Shown here: positions 9,581 through 20,168 of the stretch, in pieces
How the letters are laid out: each line of letters starts with the position of its first letter
Position numbering within the stretch: the first letter of the stretch is position 1
Assembly: GCA_963823555.1 (NCBI GenBank)
Contig: CAWGMA010000003.1
Coordinates: 480,001 to 544,000, forward strand
DNA: 64,000 nucleotides
Reading direction: 5' to 3'
Source of the DNA: Candidatus Eiseniibacteriota bacterium
Lineage (GTDB): Bacteria > Eisenbacteria > RBG-16-71-46 > CAVPCR01
Translations under genes and position numbers: made by a program
The notes under the pieces: model-generated
Told to the model about the DNA's origin: nothing
What the model saw: the letters and a program-made list of their open reading frames with translations, nothing else
The model's database searches: none

Positions 9581-10586
9581 ATGGGTGAACATGTGAAGGT
9601 CGAGGTCACCGAGCCGCAGGCCATTCATGGCCACGAGATCCTGATCGTCGACGACGAGCCCTTCTTCCGTCGGAGTCTCGGCCTCGAGCTCGAGCGCCAC
9701 GGATACCGGGTGCGCACGGCGGCGAGCGGGGAAGATGCGATCGAGGCGATCCAGCAGCACCAGCCAGATCTCATCCTTCTCGACATGCGGATGCCGGGAA
9801 TCGACGGCACCGAGGTCTGCCGCCTCATCAAGCGTTCGTCGCGCACGTCGGCGATCCCGGTCATCATGCTGACCGTGGTCGACGGGCTTGATCGAGAAGG
9901 TCGCCGCCCTGCAGTGCGGAGCCAATGACTACCTGATCAAGGGTGTCTATGGCTTGAGCGAGCTGCACGCCCGCATCAAGAACGCGCTCGACCTGCGCGA
10001 TCTGAACCGGGATGCCAGCCCGCTGACGCAGCTGCCGGGAAACGCCGAGATCGAGCGCCAGCTCCGCCAGCGAGTGGCAAGCCGGGTGTCCTTCGCATTC
10101 CTCAACATCGACATCGACGACTTCAAGGCCTACAACGATCTCTACGGCCACCTGCAGGGCGACCGGCTGATCCTGGTCACAGCCCAGCTCCTGAAGCGCT
10201 GTCTCGACGAGCATCTGGATGAAACCGCATTCCTCGGTCATGTCGGCGGTGATGACTTCATCATGATGTGCGCTCCGGAGCGGGCGCCCGCGCTCGCCAA
10301 TGTCATCATCCAGCAGTTCGACTCCATGGTCGCCGAATACATCGGGCCGCGCGAGCAGAAGCGCGGGTTCATCGAAGTTCAGGGGAGAACGGGGAAGCTG
10401 GAGCGTCACCGGTTGACGAGTCTCACCGTGGCCGGGGTGGGGATGCCGGGACAGGTGTTCGATCACGTGGGGGAGGTGAGTTCGCGGGCGGCCGAGCTCA
10501 AGCGCGTGGCCAAGGCGCGGGCGCGCCGCGGCGAGCGCGGAGCGGGAAGCCTGGTGGTCTGGGATCGTCGCACAACCATGCCGTGA
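9581..10586 (+). CDS. Response regulator / diguanylate cyclase (REC-GGDEF); +1 frameshift near 9884-9890
   Basis: REC motifs ILIVDDE and PDLILLDMRMPGIDG; continues in ORF 9888..10586 with GANDYL, SPLTQLPGN, IDIDDFKAYNDLYGHLQGD, HVGGDDF. Confidence 0.85.
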
Positions 10587-11464
10587 TGCCCTTGATCTGG
10601 TGGTTCGGAGCGGGGGCGGCGCTCGGCGCCGCGATGGCCGTGGGGCTCGAGAGGTCCCGCTCCCGGGCGGCGCGTGCCAGCGCCGCGGTGTTGACCGGGT
10701 CGACCGGGGTTCTGGAGCAGGGTCTCGGCCTCGCCGAGCTCGAGCAGATGCGGCGAGAACGAGCAGCCGATCGCCGCCGGACCCGGCGCGCGCACCGGGT
10801 GGCGCGGCGCGCCGAGCGTCTCATGGGCATGGTGCGATGCCTGGCCGGGGCTGGACTCGATGAGCTCGCCCTGCGCAGCGTGCGCGCCGCGATCGACGAC
10901 TTCGCGGCGGAAACTGCCTCATTCTGGGTCTTCGCCGGAAGGCGAGCGACCCTGGTGGCCAGCACCGGCCGCCGCAACATCCCCCCGGCCATCCCGGTGT
11001 GGCCCGAGGCCACGAGAGAGGGTCTGCCGCCGCGGGTGTCCGCAGACGGTCGGATGCACTATCTCTTGCTCCGGAACGAGCTCCGGGTCCCGGTCGGTTG
11101 TCTGGCGGTCGGGTTCGATTCCCCGCGCTCCCGGCGCCCCGCCGGGCTCGAGACCTATGCCGCGATCCTGGGGCCTTTCCTGGCGGCTGAGCTCGGCCGG
11201 CCGGCGGCGGAAGCCGAGGGCTTCGCGGACCCGACGTGCCTCTCGCCGCTTGAGACGGCGGGCGTCGTGCCGAAAAGAATAGAAGGGTGCCGGAACCCGA
11301 CCGGAGTCATCCGCGGCGGGAATGCAGGACCAGAAGGGCAACCACGGGAGATCGGAAGAGGGAGGACGCCATGGCAAAGGGCAAGGTCCTCGTCGTCGAT
11401 GACGAGGTTTACATCGTCCACATCCTGGACTTCAGCCTCAGGATGGAAGGATACGAGGTGGTGA
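10586..11464 (+). CDS. Hypothetical membrane-anchored protein with coiled segment and GAF-like region; 3' end uncertain
   Basis: ATG overlaps the upstream TGA; N-terminal hydrophobic MPLIWWFGAGAALGAAMAVGL; AETASFWVF...LVASTG...LLLRNELRVPVGCLAVGF resembles a GAF beta core; the stop lies 94 nt inside the next gene. Confidence 0.45.
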   Translation: MPLIWWFGAGAALGAAMAVGLERSRSRAARASAAVLTGSTGVLEQGLGLAELEQMRRERAADRRRTRRAHRVARRAERLMGMVRCLAGAGLDELALRSVRAAIDDFAAETASFWVFAGRRATLVASTGRRNIPPAIPVWPEATREGLPPRVSADGRMHYLLLRNELRVPVGCLAVGFDSPRSRRPAGLETYAAILGPFLAAELGRPAAEAEGFADPTCLSPLETAGVVPKRIEGCRNPTGVIRGGNAGPEGQPREIGRGRTPWQRARSSSSMTRFTSSTSWTSASGWKDTRW

Positions 11465-11769
11465 CGGCGCTCGACGGCGAGCAAGCGCTCGAGAAGGTGA
11501 AGAGCGAACGCCCCGACCTCATCGTGCTCGACATCATGATGCCGAAGCTCGATGGCTACGACACCTGCAAGCGGCTCAAGGCCAGCCAGGACACGCGGGA
11601 CATCCCGGTGATCCTCCTGTCGGCGAAGGGGCGGAACGTCGATCAGCGCATGGGATTCGAGGCCGGGGCCGACGACTACATCACGAAGCCGTTCAGTCCA
11701 CGCAAGCTGGTGGAGAAGATCAACTCGATTCTCGCCCAGCCGACCCGCCGCCAGGACGCGGCGGCCTAG
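11371..11769 (+). CDS. Single-domain response regulator (receiver only)
   Basis: GGAGG RBS; KVLVVDDE, PDLIVLDIMMPKLDGY, VILLSAKG, GADDYITKPFSP; no output domain. Confidence 0.9.
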   Translation: MAKGKVLVVDDEVYIVHILDFSLRMEGYEVVTALDGEQALEKVKSERPDLIVLDIMMPKLDGYDTCKRLKASQDTRDIPVILLSAKGRNVDQRMGFEAGADDYITKPFSPRKLVEKINSILAQPTRRQDAAA

Positions 11770-11905
11770 TTCTTCCTCCCGGGCGGCGCCGCTCCTCGGC
11801 GCCGCCGGTCTCCCGAGGGGTGCGCGCTTGCTTCTCGCCGAAGCGGGCGCGCGCCTGCTTGCCTGCCCGGTGCAGCCAGAGCGGGCGTGTGCTACGAATG
11901 GGTGC

Positions 11906-14146
11906 ATGCGCCAGCACCGCCGGCCGACCCCAACCGCCGAATCGTCCTCTGCCGCTTCACCCCTCGTGGCGGTGGCGGTGCCGGTCGGAATCGATCGCAC
12001 CTTCGTCTACGCGGTTCCCAGCGATCTCGCCGCGCGCGCCGTGCCCGGGGCGCGCGTCGAAGTCCCTTTCCGGCGGCGGATCCTGACCGGGGTCATCGTG
12101 GCCCCAGCCTCCCACCGCCCAGCTGGGTCGCGCCTCCTTTCGCTCCGCGCCGTGCTCGACACCGAGCCCGCGCTCTCCCCCGAGCTCCTGGATTTCACGC
12201 GCTGGGTCGCCGATTACTATGCGGCACCGTGGGGGGAGGTGCTGCGTGCCGCGTTGCCGCAGGCAGTGGCGCCGGTCAAGCGCCGCCGCGGCAAGACGGA
12301 AGGGGAAGCGCTGGAGCCCGCCGGAGACGACCCCGGCGCAGTCCAAATCCGGGTGGACCCCGACGGCAAGACGCCCGTGCCTCCATCTCCACGCCCCGTG
12401 CTCACCCCGGAACAGCAGCGCGCCCTGGCTCACATCGAGCAGCGGCTTGGCGCCGGGGACTTCCGGGTCGTGCTCGTGCGCGGGGTGACGGCCAGTGGCA
12501 AGACCGAGGTCTACGTGCGGGCGGCCGAGAGCGCGCTCGAGAAGGGCGGTCAGGTTCTCGTTCTGGTTCCCGAGATCGGGCTCTCGGTGCAGCTCGTGGA
12601 CCGCTTCGTGGCGCGGCTCGGGGACCAGGTCGCGGTGCTCCATTCGGCCCTCACCGCGGCCGAGCGCCGGCGCCAGTGGGAGCGGGTCCGCGGCCGCGGG
12701 CTCCCGGTCGTGGTCGGCGCTCGTTCCGCCGTCTTTGCCCCGCTCGACCATCTGGCGCTCGTCATCGTGGACGAGGAGCACGAGGGGGCGTTCAAGCAGG
12801 ATGAGGTGCCGCGCTACCACGCGCGCGACGCCGCGGTCATGCGCGGGCGGATGAGCCATGCGCTCGTCATTCTCGGCTCGGCGACCCCGAGCCTCGAGAG
12901 CGCCTACAATGCGGCCCGCGGTCGCTACGACCTGCTCACGCTCGATCAGCGAGTTGACGCGCGACCACTGCCGGTGGTGACGATCGCCGACATGCGGCAG
13001 ATCCAGGAGGAGGCGAGAGCGTCTCGTCTCGCGGCCCGCGCTGAAGCTCGCGCGGCCCGTGCCGAAGCTCGCGCGGCCGCCGAAGCTCGCGCGGCCGATG
13101 TCGTTCCCGGGTCTCCTCGATCCTCCGCGCCCCACACCGCCCCCGAACTCCCGCCCACGATCTCACCGCTCCTCGGCGCCGCCCTGGGTCGCGTTCTCGA
13201 ACGGGGGGAGCAGGCCATCCTCTTCGTGCACCGCCGTGGCCATTCGAGCTTCGTCCAGTGCACGGAGTGCGGCGAGGCCGCCCGCTGCCCATCGTGCGCG
13301 GTCGCGCTCAGCTATCACGCTGTCGGCTACCTCCTGCGTTGCCATCACTGCAATCTACGCCGGCGCGCGCCCGAACGCTGTCCGAGCTGCGACGGAACAC
13401 GATTCTGGTACGGAGGGGTCGGTACGCAGCGCGTCGAAGCCGAGATCCGCCGCCTCTACCCGAGCGCTCGCATTCTCCGCATGGATCTCGATTCGACGCG
13501 GCGACGCGGGGCCCATCGCGACATGATCGAATCCTTCGCCCGGCGCGAGGCCGATGTCCTGCTCGGGACGCAGATGGTGGCGAAGGGACTCGACTTCCCC
13601 GAGGTCAGCCTGGTCGGGGTGGTGAGTGCCGATACGCTGCTCAATCTCCCCGACTTCCGGGCCGGCGAGCGTTCCTTCCAGCTCCTGACCCAGGTCGCCG
13701 GCCGCGCCGGCCGCGGCCCGGCCGGTGGCGAGGTCATCATCCAGACCTTCCTCCCGGATCATCCATCGGTGATCGCGGCGGCGACCCACGATTTCGGCGC
13801 CTTCTACGCCGCGGCCATCGCCGAGCGCGAGGAGCTCGGATACCCGCCCTGCGGCGCGATGGCCCGCTTTCACCTCGATGGCCCGGAGGAAGAGCCCGTG
13901 GTCGAGGCCGCCGACGCCCTCCGCGCGGCGATCGGGGAGATGCCTTCCGATCTCACGGTGCTGGGCCCGGCTCCGCTACCCCTGCGCCGGCTTCGAGGGC
14001 GGGAGCGGTGGCATGTCACGCTTCTCGGGCGGGAACGGCGGCGCGTGCACGCGGAGGCGCGGCGGGCTCATGACCGGATGCTCGCCAGAGGGCTCCCCAG
14101 CCGGGTCCGGCTCCAGCTCGACCTGGATCCCGTCCACCTGCTCTGA
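11906..14146 (+). CDS. priA: Primosomal protein N' (PriA)
   Basis: GVTASGKTEVY, LVPEIGL, VVGARSAVF, DEEHE, GSATPS, four CxxC pairs, LLGTQMVAKGLDF, QVAGRAGR; start codon uncertain. Confidence 0.95.
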   Translation: MRQHRRPTPTAESSSAASPLVAVAVPVGIDRTFVYAVPSDLAARAVPGARVEVPFRRRILTGVIVAPASHRPAGSRLLSLRAVLDTEPALSPELLDFTRWVADYYAAPWGEVLRAALPQAVAPVKRRRGKTEGEALEPAGDDPGAVQIRVDPDGKTPVPPSPRPVLTPEQQRALAHIEQRLGAGDFRVVLVRGVTASGKTEVYVRAAESALEKGGQVLVLVPEIGLSVQLVDRFVARLGDQVAVLHSALTAAERRRQWERVRGRGLPVVVGARSAVFAPLDHLALVIVDEEHEGAFKQDEVPRYHARDAAVMRGRMSHALVILGSATPSLESAYNAARGRYDLLTLDQRVDARPLPVVTIADMRQIQEEARASRLAARAEARAARAEARAAAEARAADVVPGSPRSSAPHTAPELPPTISPLLGAALGRVLERGEQAILFVHRRGHSSFVQCTECGEAARCPSCAVALSYHAVGYLLRCHHCNLRRRAPERCPSCDGTRFWYGGVGTQRVEAEIRRLYPSARILRMDLDSTRRRGAHRDMIESFARREADVLLGTQMVAKGLDFPEVSLVGVVSADTLLNLPDFRAGERSFQLLTQVAGRAGRGPAGGEVIIQTFLPDHPSVIAAATHDFGAFYAAAIAEREELGYPPCGAMARFHLDGPEEEPVVEAADALRAAIGEMPSDLTVLGPAPLPLRRLRGRERWHVTLLGRERRRVHAEARRAHDRMLARGLPSRVRLQLDLDPVHLL
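13028..13097 (+). repeat. Imperfect tandem repeat in priA (18-21 bp units, core GAAGCTCGCGCGGCC) encoding AEARAA
   Basis: GAAGCTCGCGCGGCC occurs three times in tandem; the protein reads LAARAEARAARAEARAAAEARAA. Confidence 0.75.
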
Positions 14147-14426
14147 CCCCCGGCCGCCCATTGCATCTTCGCCGGCCCGCCCGTGCGCCGTGCATGTCCA
14201 GGGCTTCGGCGGCCCCCGTCATCGAGCCCATTAGTCATTTATTGATAACATATTACAAGATCACAAGAGGGAGGCACAGAGCATGCGATAGGGGTCTCTC
14301 GCCTGGCTCACCACCCGCTGCCGCTGCCCCCCCTGGCGAGCTGCTCCGGGTCCAAGGCGAACTAGCGAGTCGGCTCCAGCCGCGCGTGCGCGGCGGCCGC
14401 GGGAGGTTCGACTCGCCGGGCACGAG

Positions 14427-14468
14427 AGGCCGGGATCCCTCTCCCCCTGGGATCCCGGCCTGCTTCTT
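14427..14468 (+). terminator. Terminator-like hairpin
   Basis: AGGCCGGGATCCC-tctccccct-GGGATCCCGGCCT followed by GCTTCTT. Confidence 0.5.
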
Positions 14469-14610
14469 GACCCCCGCTGCTCAGGCTAGGGGTCCATCCT
14501 CCTCGCGCCACTCCCCTCGGGGCCCGGCCGGCGCCCGCCGCCGGCGAGGTTGACGGCCCGGGTCGGAAGCGCCTAGGCTTTTCACGTCCCGCCCCGCGCG
14601 TACCGTCGTC

Positions 14611-14664
14611 CTCGATCTCCCGCGTGGACTCGATCTCCCGCGTGGACTCGATCTCCCGCGTGGA
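14611..14664. repeat. Perfect 18-bp tandem repeat x3 (CTCGATCTCCCGCGTGGA)
   Basis: Exact copies at 14611, 14629 and 14647, with no spacers. Confidence 0.95.
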
Positions 14665-14745
14665 AATGTCACCTTTCGTCGAAGGCGGCTGGGCTTCTCT
14701 GCGCCGGCTTGCAAGGAACAGAGCTCTCCGCCGAGCTGGATCAAC

Positions 14746-15006
14746 ATGACAAGCGTTCGCATCGACATGAATGAACACGATCTCGTCCAGGTGAAGATCT
14801 TCGAGGCGCCGATGGATGCCTTGCAGTCGCTCGAGGAGAAGATCAACGCCTGGCTCCGCGACAACCGCGAGGCGCGGCTCGAGCGAGTGCAGTTCAACAC
14901 GATCGAGACCAAGCGCGCGGTGGTCATTCTCTGGTACCTGTCGTCGACGCGCGCCTCGAGGGGCGTGGGTTTTGGCAGCGAGAAAGCCGCAACCAATCGC
15001 GACTAG
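14746..15006 (+). CDS. Small hypothetical protein, possibly Cse60/DUF2758-like
   Basis: VQVKIFE...LEEKINAWL...VQF...VVILWY pattern resembles the small Cse60-type family; the start could be the second Met. Confidence 0.5.
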   Translation: MTSVRIDMNEHDLVQVKIFEAPMDALQSLEEKINAWLRDNREARLERVQFNTIETKRAVVILWYLSSTRASRGVGFGSEKAATNRD

Positions 15007-15048
15007 CACGGCGTTCGCGTTTCAAGTCGCCGCCTCCTGGGGAGAGGC

Positions 15049-16053
15049 ATGAGCCTTGCCATCCTCTGGGAAGGGGACATCGATCCGGCGCCCCTCCATG
15101 ATCTGAAGGTCGGCATCCTCGGCTACGGGAATCAGGGTCGCGCGCAGGCGCAGAACCTCCGCGATTCAGGTGTCCGCGTCGAGGTGGGGCTCCGGGCCGG
15201 GAGCGCCTCGAGCGAACGGGCCGCGGCCGATGGGATCGCGACCGCGTTACCGGAGGATGTGGTTCGCTGGGCCGACGTCGTGATGCTGCTCGTTCCCGAC
15301 GAACAGCAGCCGGCGCTGCTCGCGGATCTCGCCAGCGCCTGGGTGGATGGCGGCCGGGGCAAGGCGATCGGATTCGCGCACGGGTTCAACTTGACCTACG
15401 GACGCGTCCGTCTGCCATCCGCGGTCCAGGTCTTTCTCGTCGCCCCCTGCGCCCCGGGCGAGCAGCTGCGCGAGGCGTTCCTGCGGGGCGGCGGGGTCTT
15501 TGCCTACGCGGCGGTGGCGGGGGATTCCGGCCGTGGAACCCTGGATCTCGCTCTCGCCTATGCGCGCGCTCTCGGCTGCGCGCGCGCGGGAGTGCTGGTC
15601 ACCACCTTTCGCGACGAGACCGAAGTGGATCTCTTCGGAGAGCAGGCCGTGCTCTGCGGGGGCATGCACGCGTTGCTCACCGCGGCGTTCGACACCCTGG
15701 TGGCGGCGGGGTATCCGCCGGAGATGGCGTACCTCGAGTGCCAGGACCAGCTGGTGTGGCTTGCGGCGACCGTGCACGACCACGGGATCGCCGGGACGCG
15801 ACGGCGGATCAGCTCGACCGCGCTCTATGGCGATCTGAGCCGTGGCCCGCGCATCGTCAGCGAGGGGGTGCGGAAGGTGCTGGCGGAACTGCTCGCCGAG
15901 ATTCGCTCGGGCGAGTTCGCGCGCGAGTTCGAAGGGGAGATGGCGTCGGGGGGGGAGCGGGTCCGCAGCGCGCTCGCCGGCGCCGATACCCACTCGATGG
16001 AGGAGGTCGGCCGACGGCTGCGCAGAGCGCGTGGGGCCTCAGGCTCCGCCTGA
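15049..16053 (+). CDS. ilvC: Ketol-acid reductoisomerase (short, class I)
   Basis: [59 protein letters not shown]. Confidence 0.92.
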   Translation: MSLAILWEGDIDPAPLHDLKVGILGYGNQGRAQAQNLRDSGVRVEVGLRAGSASSERAAADGIATALPEDVVRWADVVMLLVPDEQQPALLADLASAWVDGGRGKAIGFAHGFNLTYGRVRLPSAVQVFLVAPCAPGEQLREAFLRGGGVFAYAAVAGDSGRGTLDLALAYARALGCARAGVLVTTFRDETEVDLFGEQAVLCGGMHALLTAAFDTLVAAGYPPEMAYLECQDQLVWLAATVHDHGIAGTRRRISSTALYGDLSRGPRIVSEGVRKVLAELLAEIRSGEFAREFEGEMASGGERVRSALAGADTHSMEEVGRRLRRARGASGSA

Positions 16054-16121
16054 GGTCGGGGGCCGACGTGGGGTCCCGGGTTCCGGCCCGCCGGTACCCC
16101 GGCGCCGGGCAACCCGAGGAC

Positions 16122-16151
16122 TTGACAGGGGCAAAGAAGCACGACTAGACT
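16122..16151 (+). promoter_or_regulatory. sigma70 promoter upstream of rho
   Basis: TTGACA-N18-TAGACT. Confidence 0.6.
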
Positions 16152-16387
16152 GCCGGCTGAAGACGGGTTCCCGGCCATCCCGCTCGGTCTCTTCCAGCAT
16201 CGAAGCTTGCTCTTCACCAGACCAGCGTGAGCCGCAGGACTCGGATACCTACCCCGGCTTCGCCCGTCCTCCCGACCCGAGCCGTCGGTCGCGGTCTTCC
16301 GACTCGATTCCTTGCCCAAGCGCATCCACATCTGCGCCCCGCGGCTCATACCCCCGGTCATGCCAATGGCTGGGAGACAGAACTCAA

Positions 16388-17716
<1,329 letters not shown>

Positions 17717-17802
17717 GGCCCGCCCCGGGCTGCTTTCGGGCCCCGCGCCGACGCCAGAATCCAGTACAATATCCCGGTTCCCTGTTCGCCAAGGAGAGGA
17801 CC

Positions 17803-18045
17803 ATGAAGAAGGGTATCCACCCCGACTATCACCCGGTGAAGATCACCTGCCTGTGTGGCAACGTGATCGAGACCCGGGCAACAACCAAGGACATCCGCGT
17901 CGAGATCTGCTCGAACTGCCACCCGTTCTTCACGGGCCGGCAGAAGCTGGTCGATACCGCCGGCCGTGTCGATCGCTACCGGCGCCGCTATGGGACCGAT
18001 ACCACGAAGACGGCCGCCGACGCGGCAGCCCCGAGCGAGGGCTAG
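17803..18045 (+). CDS. rpmE: 50S ribosomal protein L31 (Zn-binding type)
   Basis: [29 protein letters not shown]. Confidence 0.96.
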   Translation: MKKGIHPDYHPVKITCLCGNVIETRATTKDIRVEICSNCHPFFTGRQKLVDTAGRVDRYRRRYGTDTTKTAADAAAPSEG

Positions 18046-18067
18046 GGCCGCGCGCGGCCTCGAGATC

Positions 18068-18988
18068 ATGAGTGCAGGAAGCCGATACGCGCCGATAGGC
18101 GGCCAGGCGGTGATCGAGGGCGTCATGATGCGCTCGCCGTCCATGGTGGCGACAGCCGTCAGGCGACCGGACGGCTCGATCATCGTCCACAAGACGCCGT
18201 TCCGGTCGCTGTCGAAGCGGCTCAAGGTGTTCGGCTTGCCCATCCTGCGTGGCGCCGTCGGGCTCATCGAGTCGCTTCAACTCGGCTTCGGGGCGCTTTC
18301 GTTCTCGGCCGAGCAGCAGGTCGCCGAGGGCGAGGCAGAAAAGGTCCAGAAGAAGCGGCGATTCTCCTGGCTCGATCGCCTGGTCATGCCGGCGACCATC
18401 GTCCTCTCGCTGGGGCTCGGGCTCCTCATCTTCTTCTATGTCCCCTTGCTCCTGACCGAGCTCACCGGAGCGAAGAGCGGGATCCTCTTCAACCTGATCG
18501 ATGGCGCTTTCCGCCTCGCCATCTTCCTGGCGTATCTCCTCATCATCAGCCGGTGGGGCGAGATGAAGCGAGTGTTCCAGTACCATGGCGCGGAGCACAA
18601 GTCGATCGCGGCCCTCGAGGCCGGCGACCAGATGACGCCGGAACGGGTGGCGCGTTACTCCCGCTTCCATCCGCGCTGCGGTACGTCGTACCTCCTGATC
18701 GTGATGCTGGCATCGATCGTGGTCTTCATGTTCCTCGGCCGGCCGGACACGGTGATGGAGCGAGTCCAGCGCTTCCTCTTCATCCCGCTCATCGGCGGTC
18801 TGGCCTTCGAGCTGACCCGGCTCTCGGGCAAGTGGTCGAACTTCCCGATCATGCAGGCCTTCATTCTCCCGGGCCTGCTCCTGCAACGCATCACCACCAG
18901 CGAACCGACTCCCGAGCAGCTCGAGGTGGCCATCCGCTCGGTGCTCGAGGTGACCCGCGAATCGGGCGGGCGCATGATTCCGATCTGA
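18068..18988 (+). CDS. DUF1385 family membrane protein
   Basis: [37 protein letters not shown]; usual position between rpmE and prfA. Confidence 0.9.
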   Translation: MSAGSRYAPIGGQAVIEGVMMRSPSMVATAVRRPDGSIIVHKTPFRSLSKRLKVFGLPILRGAVGLIESLQLGFGALSFSAEQQVAEGEAEKVQKKRRFSWLDRLVMPATIVLSLGLGLLIFFYVPLLLTELTGAKSGILFNLIDGAFRLAIFLAYLLIISRWGEMKRVFQYHGAEHKSIAALEAGDQMTPERVARYSRFHPRCGTSYLLIVMLASIVVFMFLGRPDTVMERVQRFLFIPLIGGLAFELTRLSGKWSNFPIMQAFILPGLLLQRITTSEPTPEQLEVAIRSVLEVTRESGGRMIPI

Positions 18989-19026
18989 CGCCAGCGGCGT
19001 ACCCATCCCCATTCCCAAGAACCGTC

Positions 19027-20130
19027 ATGTCCCAGGAACACGCCAGTGAGCTCCTGAAGAAGGCCGGCGAGCTCGAAACCCGCATGCGCGAGATCGAGCA
19101 GAGCCTCTCCGATCCAGCCGTGGCGCGAAATCCGAACCGGCTCCGTGAGCTCGGCAAGGAACGCGCCGAGATCGAACCGGTGGTGACCCAGGCGGCGGCG
19201 CTGCGGCGCGTCATCGACGCGATTCGCGAGGCCGAGGAGCTGGTGCGCGCCGGAGGTGATCCCGAGTTCGTGGATCTGGCCCGGGTCGAGCTCGAGGAAT
19301 CTCGAGATCAGCTCCCGGCCAGGATCGAGGCGCTTCGCGCCCTGCTCGTGCCGCGCGACCCGAATGACGACAAGAATGCGATCGTCGAGATCCGGGCCGG
19401 GACCGGCGGTGAGGAAGCAGCACTATTCGCCGCCGAGCTCTACCGCATGTACCAGCGCTATCTCGAGGAGAACGGGTTCGCGATCGAGGTCATGAACACC
19501 AACGAGACCGGGATCGGCGGCATCAAGGAAGTGATCTTGATGGCGCGCGGGCGGGGGGTGTTCGGCCGGCTCAAGCACGAATCGGGAGTGCACCGCGTGC
19601 AGCGGGTGCCCGTGACCGAGGGATCGGGCCGCATTCACACCTCGGCCGTCACGGTCGCGGTGCTGCCCGAGGCCGAGGAGGTCGAGATCGAGATCGACCC
19701 CGATGAGATCCGGGTCGATGTCTATCGGGCCACCGGGCCCGGTGGTCAGGGTGTCAACACGACCGACTCCGCCGTGCGCCTGACCCATCTCCCGACCGGA
19801 CTCGTCGTCACGTGCCAGGACGAGCGCTCGCAGATCAAGAACCGGGCGAAGGCGATGGCCGTGCTCCGAGCGCGACTCCTCGATCAGCGCCGGCGTGAGC
19901 AGGAAGAGAAGATCACCGCCATGCGGCGGTCGGCCGTATCGACCGGCGATCGCTCGGCGCGCATCCGCACCTACAACTACCCGCAGGGACGCGTGACCGA
20001 TCACCGCATCGGCCTCACACTCTATCGCCTGCCCGAGATTCTCGAGGGGGATCTCACCGAGCTGATCGAGGCGCTCGCCACCGCGACGAGCGAGGGGCAG
20101 CTCGGCATGATCGGCGGGGACGACGAGTAG
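19027..20130 (+). CDS. prfA: Peptide chain release factor 1
   Basis: [25 protein letters not shown] (PxT), [16 protein letters not shown]. Confidence 0.97.
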   Translation: MSQEHASELLKKAGELETRMREIEQSLSDPAVARNPNRLRELGKERAEIEPVVTQAAALRRVIDAIREAEELVRAGGDPEFVDLARVELEESRDQLPARIEALRALLVPRDPNDDKNAIVEIRAGTGGEEAALFAAELYRMYQRYLEENGFAIEVMNTNETGIGGIKEVILMARGRGVFGRLKHESGVHRVQRVPVTEGSGRIHTSAVTVAVLPEAEEVEIEIDPDEIRVDVYRATGPGGQGVNTTDSAVRLTHLPTGLVVTCQDERSQIKNRAKAMAVLRARLLDQRRREQEEKITAMRRSAVSTGDRSARIRTYNYPQGRVTDHRIGLTLYRLPEILEGDLTELIEALATATSEGQLGMIGGDDE

Positions 20131-20168
20131 GCCGGCCCCCCCCGGCACGCGAACAGATCAGCTCCCAG

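Noticed and set aside
14365..14425. tRNA-Sec (selC), suggested by GGTTCGACTC and the presence of selB
   Set aside because: No TCA anticodon loop, acceptor stem or CCA end could be built.
14611..14664. CRISPR array
   Set aside because: Repeats are 18 bp and contiguous with no spacers, and there are no cas genes in the window.
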